Positions 20,057 through 29,491 of a stretch of 64,000 nucleotides of DNA are shown here, one piece after another. Where the stretch lies: assembly GCA_000965745.1 (NCBI GenBank), contig CP009479.1, forward strand, positions 1,024,001-1,088,000, given 5' to 3'. The stretch comes from an uncultured archaeon (lineage in GTDB: Archaea; Thermoplasmatota; Thermoplasmata; Thermoplasmatales; Thermoplasmataceae). The notes under the pieces are model-generated. The model ran no database searches. It was not told the origin of the DNA and saw only the letters and a list, made by a program, of their open reading frames with translations. Position numbers and translations under genes: made by a program. Position 1 is the stretch's first letter; each line of letters starts with the position of its first letter.

Positions 20057-20246
20057 CTACGGGCGGGGTGAATACACAATAGCGTCAATTTCACAAAGCA
20101 GCACCTGCAGGGATGTTATCATGCAGCAGCAAGCAAACGATACTCTCACTGCTTGACTGCAGGAGTGGAATATGGAGTTTGAAATGACATTGGAGGATTT
20201 TGGCTTATCTTCTTAATTCAAAAGAAAGGTTGGGGGAGGGCGAATG

Positions 20247-20432
20247 TCAGTCCCCGTTCCCGTGGATGAAATATTCCCCATATACGGGATCATTGGAATT
20301 TGGGCTTTCGTATTTCTTCTTCTCACTGAGATAACCCTGGACGATCTGATTTATTCTTTCGGGTGCATCCATAGACTCCTCCAGAAGTTCCTCATATAGC
20401 TCTTTACGTATTCGTACGCTTGGCATTACCAT
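20247..20432 (-). CDS. small hypothetical protein, possible ribbon-helix-helix DNA binder
   Basis: MVMPSVRIRKELYEELLEES... strand-helix-helix pattern; TATA-like TTATAAA about 25 nt upstream. Confidence 0.5.
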   Translation of the reverse strand: MVMPSVRIRKELYEELLEESMDAPERINQIVQGYLSEKKKYESPNSNDPVYGEYFIHGNGD

Positions 20433-20656
20433 TCGAACTGCAACCCAATATTTATAATTTGCTGAACTGCGATTCGGCAATTAACGAAAAAAATCGTCGA
20501 ATTTTCAGCGGGTTACTACTTTATTGAGGGCCTTATATACAATTGAAAATCTCTGTACACATCTCATGCTGTCTTGTTTTGTCAAAGCCGAGCCTCTTGA
20601 ATTCACGAACCTAAATAATTCCGGATGAAAGATATGCGGCCAAAAAAACTCTGTAA

Positions 20657-20731
20657 TGGGGCCGACCGGATTTGAACCGGTGGCCTCCCGGTTATCAGCC
20701 GGGTGCTCCGACCATGCTAAGCTACGGCCCC
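20657..20731 (-). tRNA. tRNA-Ile(GAT)
   Basis: Reverse complement GGGGCCG...CCCGG-CT-GAT-AA-CCGGG...GTTCAAATC...CGGCCCCA. Confidence 0.96.
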
Positions 20732-20833
20732 AATGGTCAAACAATACTTTTTTGCGCGACTGGAAAATAACATATCGTGCCGGCTAAAATCGGGGCAGAA
20801 TAGATAAAAGTTTCTAGCGGAACTTCCATTAAA

Positions 20834-21772
20834 TTATCCGGAGTTGTTCTCCATGATTTTCTGAAGCTCCTCAAGGTCGCTGCAAACCACACAAAGTTCT
20901 GAGGCAGTAGGTGAGCCGCATTTTTTGCATTTTCCAAGTTCTGATGGAGGAAAGCTCGTGTCAAGCGAATTCCTGATTGTGTCAAGGAAATTTACAATCG
21001 CAAATTTTGTTCCAGGGTTTTCATTCTCCAGATCTGACACAATTGACCTGAACTTGTTCCTGTTCGCCTGGGCATAATAGGGGCACCATCCACCTTCAAA
21101 CTCTATTCCATTGACCACAGCGTAAAGCATGACTTCCTTCTCAGGTATCTTCCTGAGCGGCAGGACCCTGGGCACCAACCCGTCCTGGCTCTTTGTGTGG
21201 GGCGCCATTCGTGCCATCCTCTTCACATCGCCCTTCGCCACATTCATCATTATGGACTGTGCATAATCGTCCAGGTTGATTCCGAGGGCCACATAATCTC
21301 CCTTCTGGTAATCCGAGACCCTGTTCATCAGCTGCCGCCTCATTGGGCCGCAATGGGCACACGGTATGGTCCTCCCTCCGTCTGCACTCACTATCTCGTC
21401 CATGGTGTACCCGAAACTCTCTTTGTAGGAAATGGTTTCATGGGGGATGCCTAGCTTATTGCTCAAAGACCTCGCAGCTGAAAGCCCTGCACTCCTGTAG
21501 CCTTCAATTCCCTCGTCTACCGTGAATGCAGAGAGCTCAATGTTCCTCCTTTCGGATAATATCTTATGCAGGAGGTGTAGAGTTACAGAACTGTCTTTGC
21601 CCCCTGAAATTGCAACAGAAACCCTGGTTTTCCTGCTGCCGACATTGAGCTGCTGCCTCACCTCCTGTTTCACTCTCCGCTCAACGTATTGGGTAAGGTG
21701 TTTGCCACAAAGGGCGCTCCCATTGTACTTAACCTCGTATACAGATTTCTCGTGGCAGAAAGAGCATTTCAT
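20834..21772 (-). CDS. tRNA 2-thiolation protein (TtuA/NcsA, TIGR00269)
   Basis: N- and C-terminal Zn fingers, SGGKDS PP-loop, PCAHC, CPY. Confidence 0.9.
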   Translation of the reverse strand: MKCSFCHEKSVYEVKYNGSALCGKHLTQYVERRVKQEVRQQLNVGSRKTRVSVAISGGKDSSVTLHLLHKILSERRNIELSAFTVDEGIEGYRSAGLSAARSLSNKLGIPHETISYKESFGYTMDEIVSADGGRTIPCAHCGPMRRQLMNRVSDYQKGDYVALGINLDDYAQSIMMNVAKGDVKRMARMAPHTKSQDGLVPRVLPLRKIPEKEVMLYAVVNGIEFEGGWCPYYAQANRNKFRSIVSDLENENPGTKFAIVNFLDTIRNSLDTSFPPSELGKCKKCGSPTASELCVVCSDLEELQKIMENNSG

Positions 21773-21887
21773 AGTATGATTACCAAATATTCCTTTAGAT
21801 GTGGATAAAACTCAGTGTCATTAACATTACTGATTCTTAAAACCAGAAGTTCGACAAAAACTTAAACATGCCAATCATATCATAGCT

Positions 21888-23330
21888 ATGGATCTAGAGT
21901 CTTTCAAAGGAAAGCCCGAAGCATCGGGAGCAACCGTTTTTGTATGTGCTTTTTTCGAAGATTACACTTCTCCCGAGGGTTTGTCATTCAGCAAGAAGTT
22001 AGGGCTCGAGAAGGTTTTTAAATCACTGAACTTCAAATCTGAGTACAAGGAATGCATAACAGTTCCTTCAGATTCCATAACACTCATCGCTGTCGGAATG
22101 GGAAAAAAGGGCGAGTCAAGTGTGGAGAGGTTCAGGGTGATGTATTCAAGGGGTCTGGCTGAAGCAAGGAAACTTAACCCTTCCACCGTGGCCTATGCCA
22201 TGAGTGGCGTGATGGAACCTGAAATGGAAGCCTATGAAATATCATACACATGCAGGGTAACCGAATACAGATTCTCGGAATTCAAGTCCGACAGGGAAAA
22301 ATCAAACATCGGAAAGGTTCTCGTGGCGTCTGAAAAAGACCTCTCAGAACCGGTGAGAAAGGGAGATGTAGTGGGAAAAGCCACAAACCTTACTCGCGAC
22401 ATGGCAAACATGCCCCCATCCAGGGGGACACCGTCTTTCTTCGAAAAGAAAGCAAAGGAGATACCGGGACTCAAGGTCACGGTCCTTGGAAGGGAAGACT
22501 TCCTCAAATTGGGGATGGGCGGCCTTGAAGGCGTATCAAGAGCTGCAACCGAACCTGGAAAGCTCATAATTGCAGAATACAAGAATTCAGACGAACCTCC
22601 AATACTGCTTGTCGGAAAAGGTATAACATTTGACAGCGGGGGCATATCTATCAAGCCGTCCCAGGGGATGGAAGAGATGAAGTTCGACAAGTGTGGCGCC
22701 TCGGCGGTGCTTGGTGCGATGAGTGCAATTTCTGGCATGAAACTGAAGGCCCATGTAATAGGAATGATGCCGCTTACCGAAAACCTTCCAGGGGGAAATG
22801 CATACAAGCCTGGAGACATTCTGAAGCACTACAATGGCAAGACCTCTGAAATCATAAGCACCGACGCTGAAGGGAGGCTTGTGCTGTCTGATGCGCTTTC
22901 CTATGGCGTTGAGAAATTCAACCCGAAGTTTGTTGTTGACCTCGCCACGCTTACTGGTGCCTGCGTGATTGCACTGGGAAACAACATAGCCGGCCTTATG
23001 ACAAACAATGAGTCAATGAACGAGAAACTCATGAAGGCGTCTGAGAACACCTGGGAAAGACTCTGGCCTCTTCCAATCGATGAGGATTTCAAAGAGCAGA
23101 TCAAGAGTGAGGTTGCAGACATCAAGAACGTTGGGGGAAGGGCAGGCGGCTCCGAAACTGCCGGGGCATTCCTGAGCAATTTTGTTGGAGACAAGCCATG
23201 GGCACATCTTGACATCGCAGGCACGGCATGGAGCCAGGAACACACCGCAAAGAAGGACTATCTCTCAAAGGGTTCAACCGGTTTCGGTACAAGGCTGCTT
23301 TTCGAGCTGGTTTCAAACGAAATAAAATAA
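21888..23330 (+). CDS. pepA: leucyl aminopeptidase (M17)
   Basis: VGKGITFDSGG, MKFDK, TDAEGRL, WAHLDIAG. Confidence 0.95.
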   Translation: MDLESFKGKPEASGATVFVCAFFEDYTSPEGLSFSKKLGLEKVFKSLNFKSEYKECITVPSDSITLIAVGMGKKGESSVERFRVMYSRGLAEARKLNPSTVAYAMSGVMEPEMEAYEISYTCRVTEYRFSEFKSDREKSNIGKVLVASEKDLSEPVRKGDVVGKATNLTRDMANMPPSRGTPSFFEKKAKEIPGLKVTVLGREDFLKLGMGGLEGVSRAATEPGKLIIAEYKNSDEPPILLVGKGITFDSGGISIKPSQGMEEMKFDKCGASAVLGAMSAISGMKLKAHVIGMMPLTENLPGGNAYKPGDILKHYNGKTSEIISTDAEGRLVLSDALSYGVEKFNPKFVVDLATLTGACVIALGNNIAGLMTNNESMNEKLMKASENTWERLWPLPIDEDFKEQIKSEVADIKNVGGRAGGSETAGAFLSNFVGDKPWAHLDIAGTAWSQEHTAKKDYLSKGSTGFGTRLLFELVSNEIK

Positions 23331-23363
23331 GCACATGAAGCAGTGGATTTCCCACCGCTCTAA

Positions 23364-25160
23364 TTAATCCGCAAAAGAATACTCTATTTTTTTCCCACTT
23401 TTTATGGCCTTGTAAAGCGCAGAACCTGTGTCGCTTAAGATCCTGAGGCGGACAACTCCCCTGGCTGAGCTCTTTGCACTCAGGACAAGGATATCGTCAA
23501 CGTAGAACCTGACCTGCTTGTTCTGGGCTCCAACATCGATGTAGATGTTCTTGTTCTTGATCTCGATGTGGGCAATTTCCCTGTCCGAATAGGTCCTCTC
23601 AAGGTTTGGCTCAACATCTATCTTCAGGTTCAGTTTCTTCTCAAGGTTTGATATGTTCACGCCTTTCTTTCCTATGAGCTGTGGTATGAATTCCTCGTCC
23701 ACTCTCACCTGGACCCTTCCGTCGTCAATGAACTTGACATATACGCGATCTGTGCCCAGGCGCTTCTTGAGCTCTCTCACTATGACTTCAGACGCGAGTT
23801 TCTGAACAGCACTTCCTGCCTTTGCAGTGGTTATGGGAACAACCACAATCTGCTCGCCGAAGCTGTATATCTCATAAACGGGCTCCCCGGAGTAGAAGTC
23901 ATCAATCACTATCACTGGCCGTGCAAGGTCCTCCTGGCTCATTCCGCTGGGAACCTTGACGGTATACTTTACAGTGAGAACTTTCCCTATCGCACCCTTA
24001 TCGACAAAAAGGACGGTGTCGATCACCTGCGGGATAAGCCCAAGTTCTATTCTACCAATGAATCTCTGAACTGCATCAATCGGCCTGGTCGCATGTACAA
24101 CACCGACCATGCCTACTCCTGCGAGCCTTAGGTCTGCATACACCCTGAAATCGGAAGTAACCCTCATCTCATCGAAAATGGAGTAGTCGCTTCTTACAAG
24201 GAGGAGTATGTCCCCCGTCTTCTCCATGGACCCTTCCAGTCCTGTATACTGTGTGATCTCCTTTGCAACCTGCAGATCCCTGGGTTTTTCCATTGTCTTC
24301 ACCAGCTTGTTCTTTGAACTGTAGAATTCAGCCAGTGCCTGGACAAAGGTGCTCTTTCCCGCACCGGGAGATCCTGCCACAAGAATCCCGTTTGCCTGGC
24401 TCTCAAGTCTTGCTATCAATGCATCAGGCAGATTGTATTCGTCAAGCGACAGCTTCTTGATCGGCCTCACAGCAGTTATTTCAAGATCGTCCGAGAACGG
24501 GGGCCTTGTTATGACGATCCTGATGTTCCTGAGCTGGATCACAGTGGCCCCATGCATGTCCATCTCAATGAAAGACTGTTCCTCGAGTTTCCCCCGCTTC
24601 ACTATGTTGCTTGCTATGTTTTCCAGATCTGACGTGGCAACAGGGTCCTTAAGCTTCTCGTATACAACTTTGCCCGGGTAGCCTTTCTTGACCAGAGGAT
24701 GCATCTCAGCTTTAAGGTGAACTGACGTTGTTATCTCATCGAAGAATTCCTCAATGTTCCGGATAATCGTTTCCGGATGCGGCAGGAACTTGACCTCAAC
24801 TCCTTTTATCTCTGCAAGGTCCCTCTGTATATTATCTCCGGTCACAAGAGTAGCATCGTTCTCGGCTGCAACTGACCTGATAACTTCATCGATCTCGCCG
24901 CTCTTCGCTCTTCTGATCTGCCAGTCTGAGGGGCGCCTTCCCTGAATGTCAATGTAGATCTTACCCGTCTCTGCAAGCTCCCGCAGGCGTTTCAGCTCCC
25001 CGAGGGCAGCAAACCCTATAGATCTCCCCTCATTTGCCTGGTGCTCGACCTCGGCCAGCATCGCCTCGGCCAGAATGACTCTGCATTCTTCCTCGAGGCC
25101 TGTTATGAATGTATAGAATCTTCCGTCTACTATTACAGATGTATCAGGTACGTAGTCCAC
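23364..25160 (-). CDS. PINA-type ATPase (PIN + PilT/VirB11-like ATPase + KH)
   Basis: VPDTS PIN start, GSPGAGKST Walker A, FDEMR Walker B, LIGKKG KH motif. Confidence 0.92.
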   Translation of the reverse strand: MDYVPDTSVIVDGRFYTFITGLEEECRVILAEAMLAEVEHQANEGRSIGFAALGELKRLRELAETGKIYIDIQGRRPSDWQIRRAKSGEIDEVIRSVAAENDATLVTGDNIQRDLAEIKGVEVKFLPHPETIIRNIEEFFDEITTSVHLKAEMHPLVKKGYPGKVVYEKLKDPVATSDLENIASNIVKRGKLEEQSFIEMDMHGATVIQLRNIRIVITRPPFSDDLEITAVRPIKKLSLDEYNLPDALIARLESQANGILVAGSPGAGKSTFVQALAEFYSSKNKLVKTMEKPRDLQVAKEITQYTGLEGSMEKTGDILLLVRSDYSIFDEMRVTSDFRVYADLRLAGVGMVGVVHATRPIDAVQRFIGRIELGLIPQVIDTVLFVDKGAIGKVLTVKYTVKVPSGMSQEDLARPVIVIDDFYSGEPVYEIYSFGEQIVVVPITTAKAGSAVQKLASEVIVRELKKRLGTDRVYVKFIDDGRVQVRVDEEFIPQLIGKKGVNISNLEKKLNLKIDVEPNLERTYSDREIAHIEIKNKNIYIDVGAQNKQVRFYVDDILVLSAKSSARGVVRLRILSDTGSALYKAIKSGKKIEYSFAD

Positions 25161-25252
25161 ACTTCCAGAATTTGTTGTTCCTATTAAGGAATTCTAAGGG
25201 ATTGGCAATGATTAAATCTTCCAAGTTATTAGGCTGAACCAGGAACCACGGT

Positions 25253-25981
25253 ATGAGAAATCAACCAGAAAAGGTGGCAGAAAGGGTGGCAGAAATACTG
25301 AAATCCGTTCTGACCGGAACTAACTACGGCACCGCACTAGCGTATTCAGGAGGCCTGGACAGCTCTGTCCTCATGGCAGCGTCAGGAATGTCGCTCAGGC
25401 CTTATGCCGTGGGTTTGGAAGGATCCAGGGATATCCGCAATGCAAAAGACGCCTCGGAATTGCTCGGTTTCCCCCTCAATGAGATCACTATAGGAAAAGA
25501 TGAAGTCGTAAGATACAGTGAAACCCTTGTGGAGATAGACCCTGAAATCACACGACTGGAACTTGGCTACGAAATAGTCCTTGCGGCAGTGCTTGACAAT
25601 GCGGAAGAAAGAAGTGTTGTAACGGGGCAGGGTGCAGACGAACTGTTCTACGGGTACAGAAGGTTTCTTGACAATCAGGATCTGGGCAACGCTTCACACC
25701 TTGAGAAATTACACGATAAGACGCTTCCAAGGGAACTCAGGCTTGCAGAACACTTCGGGAAAGAGCTGATCACCCCTTTCCTCAATGAAGAAATTATGGA
25801 ACTTGCGGGATCCCTGGGGAGGGATGACCACATCAGGGGCGGCCTTAACAAAGTGGTTCTAAGAAAGGCTGCGTCCATCCTGGGCCTACCCGACGTGATA
25901 GTCAACAGGCCTAAAAAAGCTGCACAGTATGGTTCGGGTGTGGCTAAGGTGCTTTTGGGGCTTCAAAACATGCACGATTGA
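25253..25981 (+). CDS. asparagine synthase C-terminal (synthetase) domain-only protein
   Basis: YSGGLDSS PP-loop, GQGADELFYGY, RPKKAAQYGSG; no N-terminal Ntn glutaminase domain. Confidence 0.88.
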   Translation: MRNQPEKVAERVAEILKSVLTGTNYGTALAYSGGLDSSVLMAASGMSLRPYAVGLEGSRDIRNAKDASELLGFPLNEITIGKDEVVRYSETLVEIDPEITRLELGYEIVLAAVLDNAEERSVVTGQGADELFYGYRRFLDNQDLGNASHLEKLHDKTLPRELRLAEHFGKELITPFLNEEIMELAGSLGRDDHIRGGLNKVVLRKAASILGLPDVIVNRPKKAAQYGSGVAKVLLGLQNMHD

Positions 25982-25995
25982 CACTTGGCAGAAGA

Positions 25996-26391
25996 GGTAT
26001 GATGTTTGCCGGCTAAACCTTCAGCAATGGTTGGCGATGGGGGGACAATTCCCGAAGGGGTAGCGTGGCTGATGAAATCCGGAGAGGCGAGCAGGTCACT
26101 GGGCATTCCTCTTTGAGAATTGAGAACAAGGGAAGAATAATGCCGGCTCGATGCTGAAGCTCCACACAGGGACATGCTACGATCGCCTTTCTAATGAAAG
26201 CAGTGTGATGCCACACTACGAAGACGCAATTGAGCACGGGCCTGATGGAAGGAGTCTCCGTGATGCTCACTTGGGACATCGCTTCGTATTACGGGCCACT
26301 ACTGCGGATCCATGAAGGCCATTGATCGGGCAATGAAGGAATTTCCGGAACCGGTAGCCGCCCAAATGTTCTGATCCATTACACATTTTTT
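25996..26391 (+). ncRNA. candidate large (~380 nt) structured non-coding RNA of unknown class
   Basis: More than 12 mutually compatible nested helices including 5'/3' end pairing; G-U pairs favour the + strand; box C-like and box D motifs at the ends; T6 tract at 26386-26391; no credible ORF. Confidence 0.75.
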
Positions 26392-26646
26392 ACTCCTGAA
26401 AATGCGGCCTTGCCTTGCATGGCCTGTTCGAAGCTCCTAAAACGGGAACATTGCCGCAGGATGATCCGTTTTCCTGTCGTTAGATGAATATTTCAATGTC
26501 ATAAAGGGGCGTAAATTGTCAAAGCCTGCGTAAGAGTACGAATGTGGATAAGCTTCCAATTGACCTGCTGGCGGTGTGTACAGATACGTTAAATAGGATT
26601 ATCATATCGCTCAGCAACTCCGAAACAAGATTAAATCAGTGATAAT

Positions 26647-27420
26647 ATGGCATACATAGGAATTATTGGAGGAAGCGGGTTATACAGTATTCTTGATGAC
26701 CCGGTATCAAAAGATATGGACACGCCATTCGGAAAACCCTCCGGAAACGTTGAAATAGGAAAGATCGACGGCATAGAGGTTGCATTCATTCCAAGGCATG
26801 GGAAGAAACACACAATCCCTCCCCACAGGGTAAACTACAGGGCAAATCTCTGGGCACTCAAATCGCTGGGCGTGGAGAGGGTAATAGCTGTTAACGCTGT
26901 CGGGTCGCTGAAAGAAGAGCTTCCACCCGGAACTACTGTCATCCCCGACCAGTTCATAGACTTCACACGAAGAAGAGAACTTACGTTCTACGATGGCCCG
27001 GATGTTTATCACATTTCAGCGGCTGATCCCTTCTGTGAGGACTGCAACGGGATATTGAACTCAAAGGCCCGGGAAATAGGTGCAAACCCACATCTTGGTG
27101 GAACTTACGTTGTGGTTGAGGGTCCGAGATTCTCGACAAGGTCCGAGTCCAGAATGTTCAGGCAGTTTGGTGACATCATCGGAATGACACTTGTGCCTGA
27201 AGTGAATCTTGCAGATGAACTCTCGATGTGCTATTCAGTCCTTGCAACCGTCACCGACTACGACGTCTGGGCGGACAAGCCGGTGGATGCATCAGAAGTT
27301 ATGAAGACAATGAAGGAAAATGAAGAAAAAGTAGTCAAGATTATCAGGGAATCGCTGCAACAGATAAACTCAAAGAGAACATGCAGCTGTTCAACCAGGC
27401 TTGACAACGCAAAAGCATGA
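26647..27420 (+). CDS. mtnP: 5'-methylthioadenosine phosphorylase
   Basis: [27 protein letters not shown]. Confidence 0.94.
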   Translation: MAYIGIIGGSGLYSILDDPVSKDMDTPFGKPSGNVEIGKIDGIEVAFIPRHGKKHTIPPHRVNYRANLWALKSLGVERVIAVNAVGSLKEELPPGTTVIPDQFIDFTRRRELTFYDGPDVYHISAADPFCEDCNGILNSKAREIGANPHLGGTYVVVEGPRFSTRSESRMFRQFGDIIGMTLVPEVNLADELSMCYSVLATVTDYDVWADKPVDASEVMKTMKENEEKVVKIIRESLQQINSKRTCSCSTRLDNAKA

Positions 27421-27430
27421 GGAGAAACAA

Positions 27431-28654
27431 ATGAAAATCAAATTTTATGGCGGAGCAGAAGAAGTTGGAAGGCTTGGAATAGATATAGACATGGGTCCAA
27501 AATCCTTCCTCGTTGACTATGGCGTTATACCTGAGAAGCCACCCCTATACCCACTGCCGGCAGATCCTGTAAATGCAATATTCATCACGCACTCCCATCT
27601 TGACCATATCGGCTCACTGCCGATATATTACCACGACAAGCAGGCCGATTTCTATGCAACTACAATGACCGCAAACTGCATGAGGCCGATGCTCAACGAT
27701 TCGCTTAAGGTCATGAACCTTGAAGGATACCCCGAAAGATTCAGCAGGGAGGACGTTGACTCCCTTTTTACCAACTACGTCCCCGCCAAGTACGATGAGA
27801 GCTTTGATATTGGCAACATCACGATCACTCCTTACAATGCTGGCCACATAGCAGGGTCAACAATGTGGAAGTTCGAGGACAGGAAATCCATAATGGTCAC
27901 GGGAGATCTGTATACAGAGGACACCGCACTGCTCAGGGGGGCGAAGCCGGTCAAGACCGATACGCTCATAGTGGAAAGCACATATGCTGGCAAGCATCAC
28001 GAGGACAGGGCTGAAGTGAAGAAGAGGCTCAGAAGGCGCGTCCAGGAAGTCATTGAAGATGGAGGAAAGGTAATTCTCCCATCCTTTGCGGTGGGACGGA
28101 CTCAGGAGCTTATCATGACGCTCGCAGACCTTGATTATGATATTTCTGTAGACGGAATGGGCAATCTCATAACAGGGATCTACATGTCGGACCCACAGTT
28201 TCTCAGGTCAAGGAAGGAATTCAAGAAAGCAGTTGGCCGGGTAAGGATGGTCAGAGGTTTCAGGATGAGGGAGGATGCCATCAAGAGTGACATTATCATC
28301 ACCACATCCGGAATGCTGGATGGCGGGCCTGTCCTCAATTACCTGCAGAAGATTGCAGACGACCAAAAAAGCGCTATTTTTCTCACAGGATACCAGGTGG
28401 AGGGAACGAATGGAAGGAGCCTCGTAGAAACGGGCAGGATAAAGATTGCGGGCGCAACCGTAAAGCCACAGATGCAGGTTGAGTTCTTCGACCTGTCGGG
28501 CCATGCCGGGCATGACGACCTTGTCAAATTCATCAAGGGTTGTGAGCCTGAAAAGGTGATCCTCTGCCATGGAGACCACAGGGAAGCGCTCATCGACGAT
28601 CTGGAGGAATTTGACCTGGAACTCCCGTTCAACGGGAAAGAGTTCACGGTCTGA
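27431..28654 (+). CDS. MBL-fold beta-CASP ribonuclease (no KH domains)
   Basis: HSHLDH, AGHIAGS, ESTY, FAVGRTQE, SGH, HGD. ATG at 27431. Confidence 0.92.
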   Translation: MKIKFYGGAEEVGRLGIDIDMGPKSFLVDYGVIPEKPPLYPLPADPVNAIFITHSHLDHIGSLPIYYHDKQADFYATTMTANCMRPMLNDSLKVMNLEGYPERFSREDVDSLFTNYVPAKYDESFDIGNITITPYNAGHIAGSTMWKFEDRKSIMVTGDLYTEDTALLRGAKPVKTDTLIVESTYAGKHHEDRAEVKKRLRRRVQEVIEDGGKVILPSFAVGRTQELIMTLADLDYDISVDGMGNLITGIYMSDPQFLRSRKEFKKAVGRVRMVRGFRMREDAIKSDIIITTSGMLDGGPVLNYLQKIADDQKSAIFLTGYQVEGTNGRSLVETGRIKIAGATVKPQMQVEFFDLSGHAGHDDLVKFIKGCEPEKVILCHGDHREALIDDLEEFDLELPFNGKEFTV

Positions 28655-28734
28655 TCCAAAACCCTCTTTTTCCTTAGAAAAGCAGAGCTAATCAACGCTC
28701 TTAAACCATTTATATACCTAATACCTACGGGACT

Positions 28735-29490
28735 ATGGACCAGTTTCTCACTCTGGAAAATATCCACATGGAGTACAAATACAGGAAAACCTCCATAGTG
28801 AGCATCGAAGACATCTCGTTCTCGATCAACAGGAATGAGTTCGTCTCAATTATTGGCCCATCCGGCTGCGGCAAATCGACAATAGTGAAAATGATCCTTG
28901 GCCTCATCTCTCCAACATCAGGAAAAGTTCTGATGGATGGGGATGACCTCAGAAAAGGGGAAGGGAGAGTATCTGTGGTTTTCCAGTCCGCCGCTCTTTT
29001 CCCGTGGCTCGATGTTCTCCAGAACGTTGAAATTGTGCTTGAACCCCTTATCCGGGACAAGGAAGAGAGAATCAGGGTAGCGATGAAGTATATCAAGATG
29101 GTGGGTATTGACGGTTTTGAAAACGCATATCCCCGTGAGCTCTCCGGTGGAATGAAGCAGAGGGTTGCCATTGCAAGGGCACTTTCAACATCCCCGGACC
29201 TTCTTGTCCTGGATGAGCCATTTGTCGGACTTGATGTATTTGCTGCACAGGCGATGAGGGAGGAGCTTCTTGATCTCTGGGATGACCAAAACCTTCCACC
29301 ACATACGGTTCTCATGGTTACCCACAACGTCGATGAAGCCGTTCAGATGAGCGATCGCATCATCATCCTGAGCAAGAGGCCCAGTCACATAATCCAGGCA
29401 AAGCAGATTACGCTTCCAAGACCAAGGAACACCAGAAGTGATGAATTCTACAGGACTGTCGACGACGTCCTTAAAATAATGTCCGGATAG
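28735..29490 (+). CDS. ABC transporter ATP-binding protein (NitT/TauB family)
   Basis: GPSGCGKST, LSGGMKQR, LDEPF, VTH. Confidence 0.93.
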   Translation: MDQFLTLENIHMEYKYRKTSIVSIEDISFSINRNEFVSIIGPSGCGKSTIVKMILGLISPTSGKVLMDGDDLRKGEGRVSVVFQSAALFPWLDVLQNVEIVLEPLIRDKEERIRVAMKYIKMVGIDGFENAYPRELSGGMKQRVAIARALSTSPDLLVLDEPFVGLDVFAAQAMREELLDLWDDQNLPPHTVLMVTHNVDEAVQMSDRIIILSKRPSHIIQAKQITLPRPRNTRSDEFYRTVDDVLKIMSG

Positions 29491-29491
29491 G

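Noticed and set aside
20101-20167. CCTGCAG/CTGCAGG and CAAGCA/TGCTTG pairings between convergent genes
   Set aside because: The core is a self-palindromic PstI word, which is too little evidence for a functional RNA
20505-20744. ORFs overlapping tRNA genes (also 12299-12535 and 41736-42053)
   Set aside because: Translations of tRNA sequence, spurious
25274-25296. GGTGGCAGAAA direct repeat
   Set aside because: Two copies within a coding region (KVAERVAE); not an array
25987-26200. Lysine, cobalamin or fluoride riboswitch, or hammerhead ribozyme (AGAGG, CCGAAG, CACTGGG..GGGAAG, GGCGATGG, GCTGATGA fragments)
   Set aside because: Only isolated words match. The required local stems and the other conserved motifs (loop E, CCCCGCAACUGU, local TCGCC, stem II-GAAA) are missing.
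26200-26380. TIGR-like or tandem C/D guide array
   Set aside because: The TGATG/CTGA words are not periodic and no Nop-domain gene is adjacent
25996-26391. RNase P RNA or SRP (7S) RNA as the identity of the large RNA
   Set aside because: No GAGGAAAGUCC / AACAGAA..GGCUUA P4 pair on either strand, and no CAGG-stem-GGAA-stem-AGCA helix 8. This was judged by eye, so cmscan is still needed.
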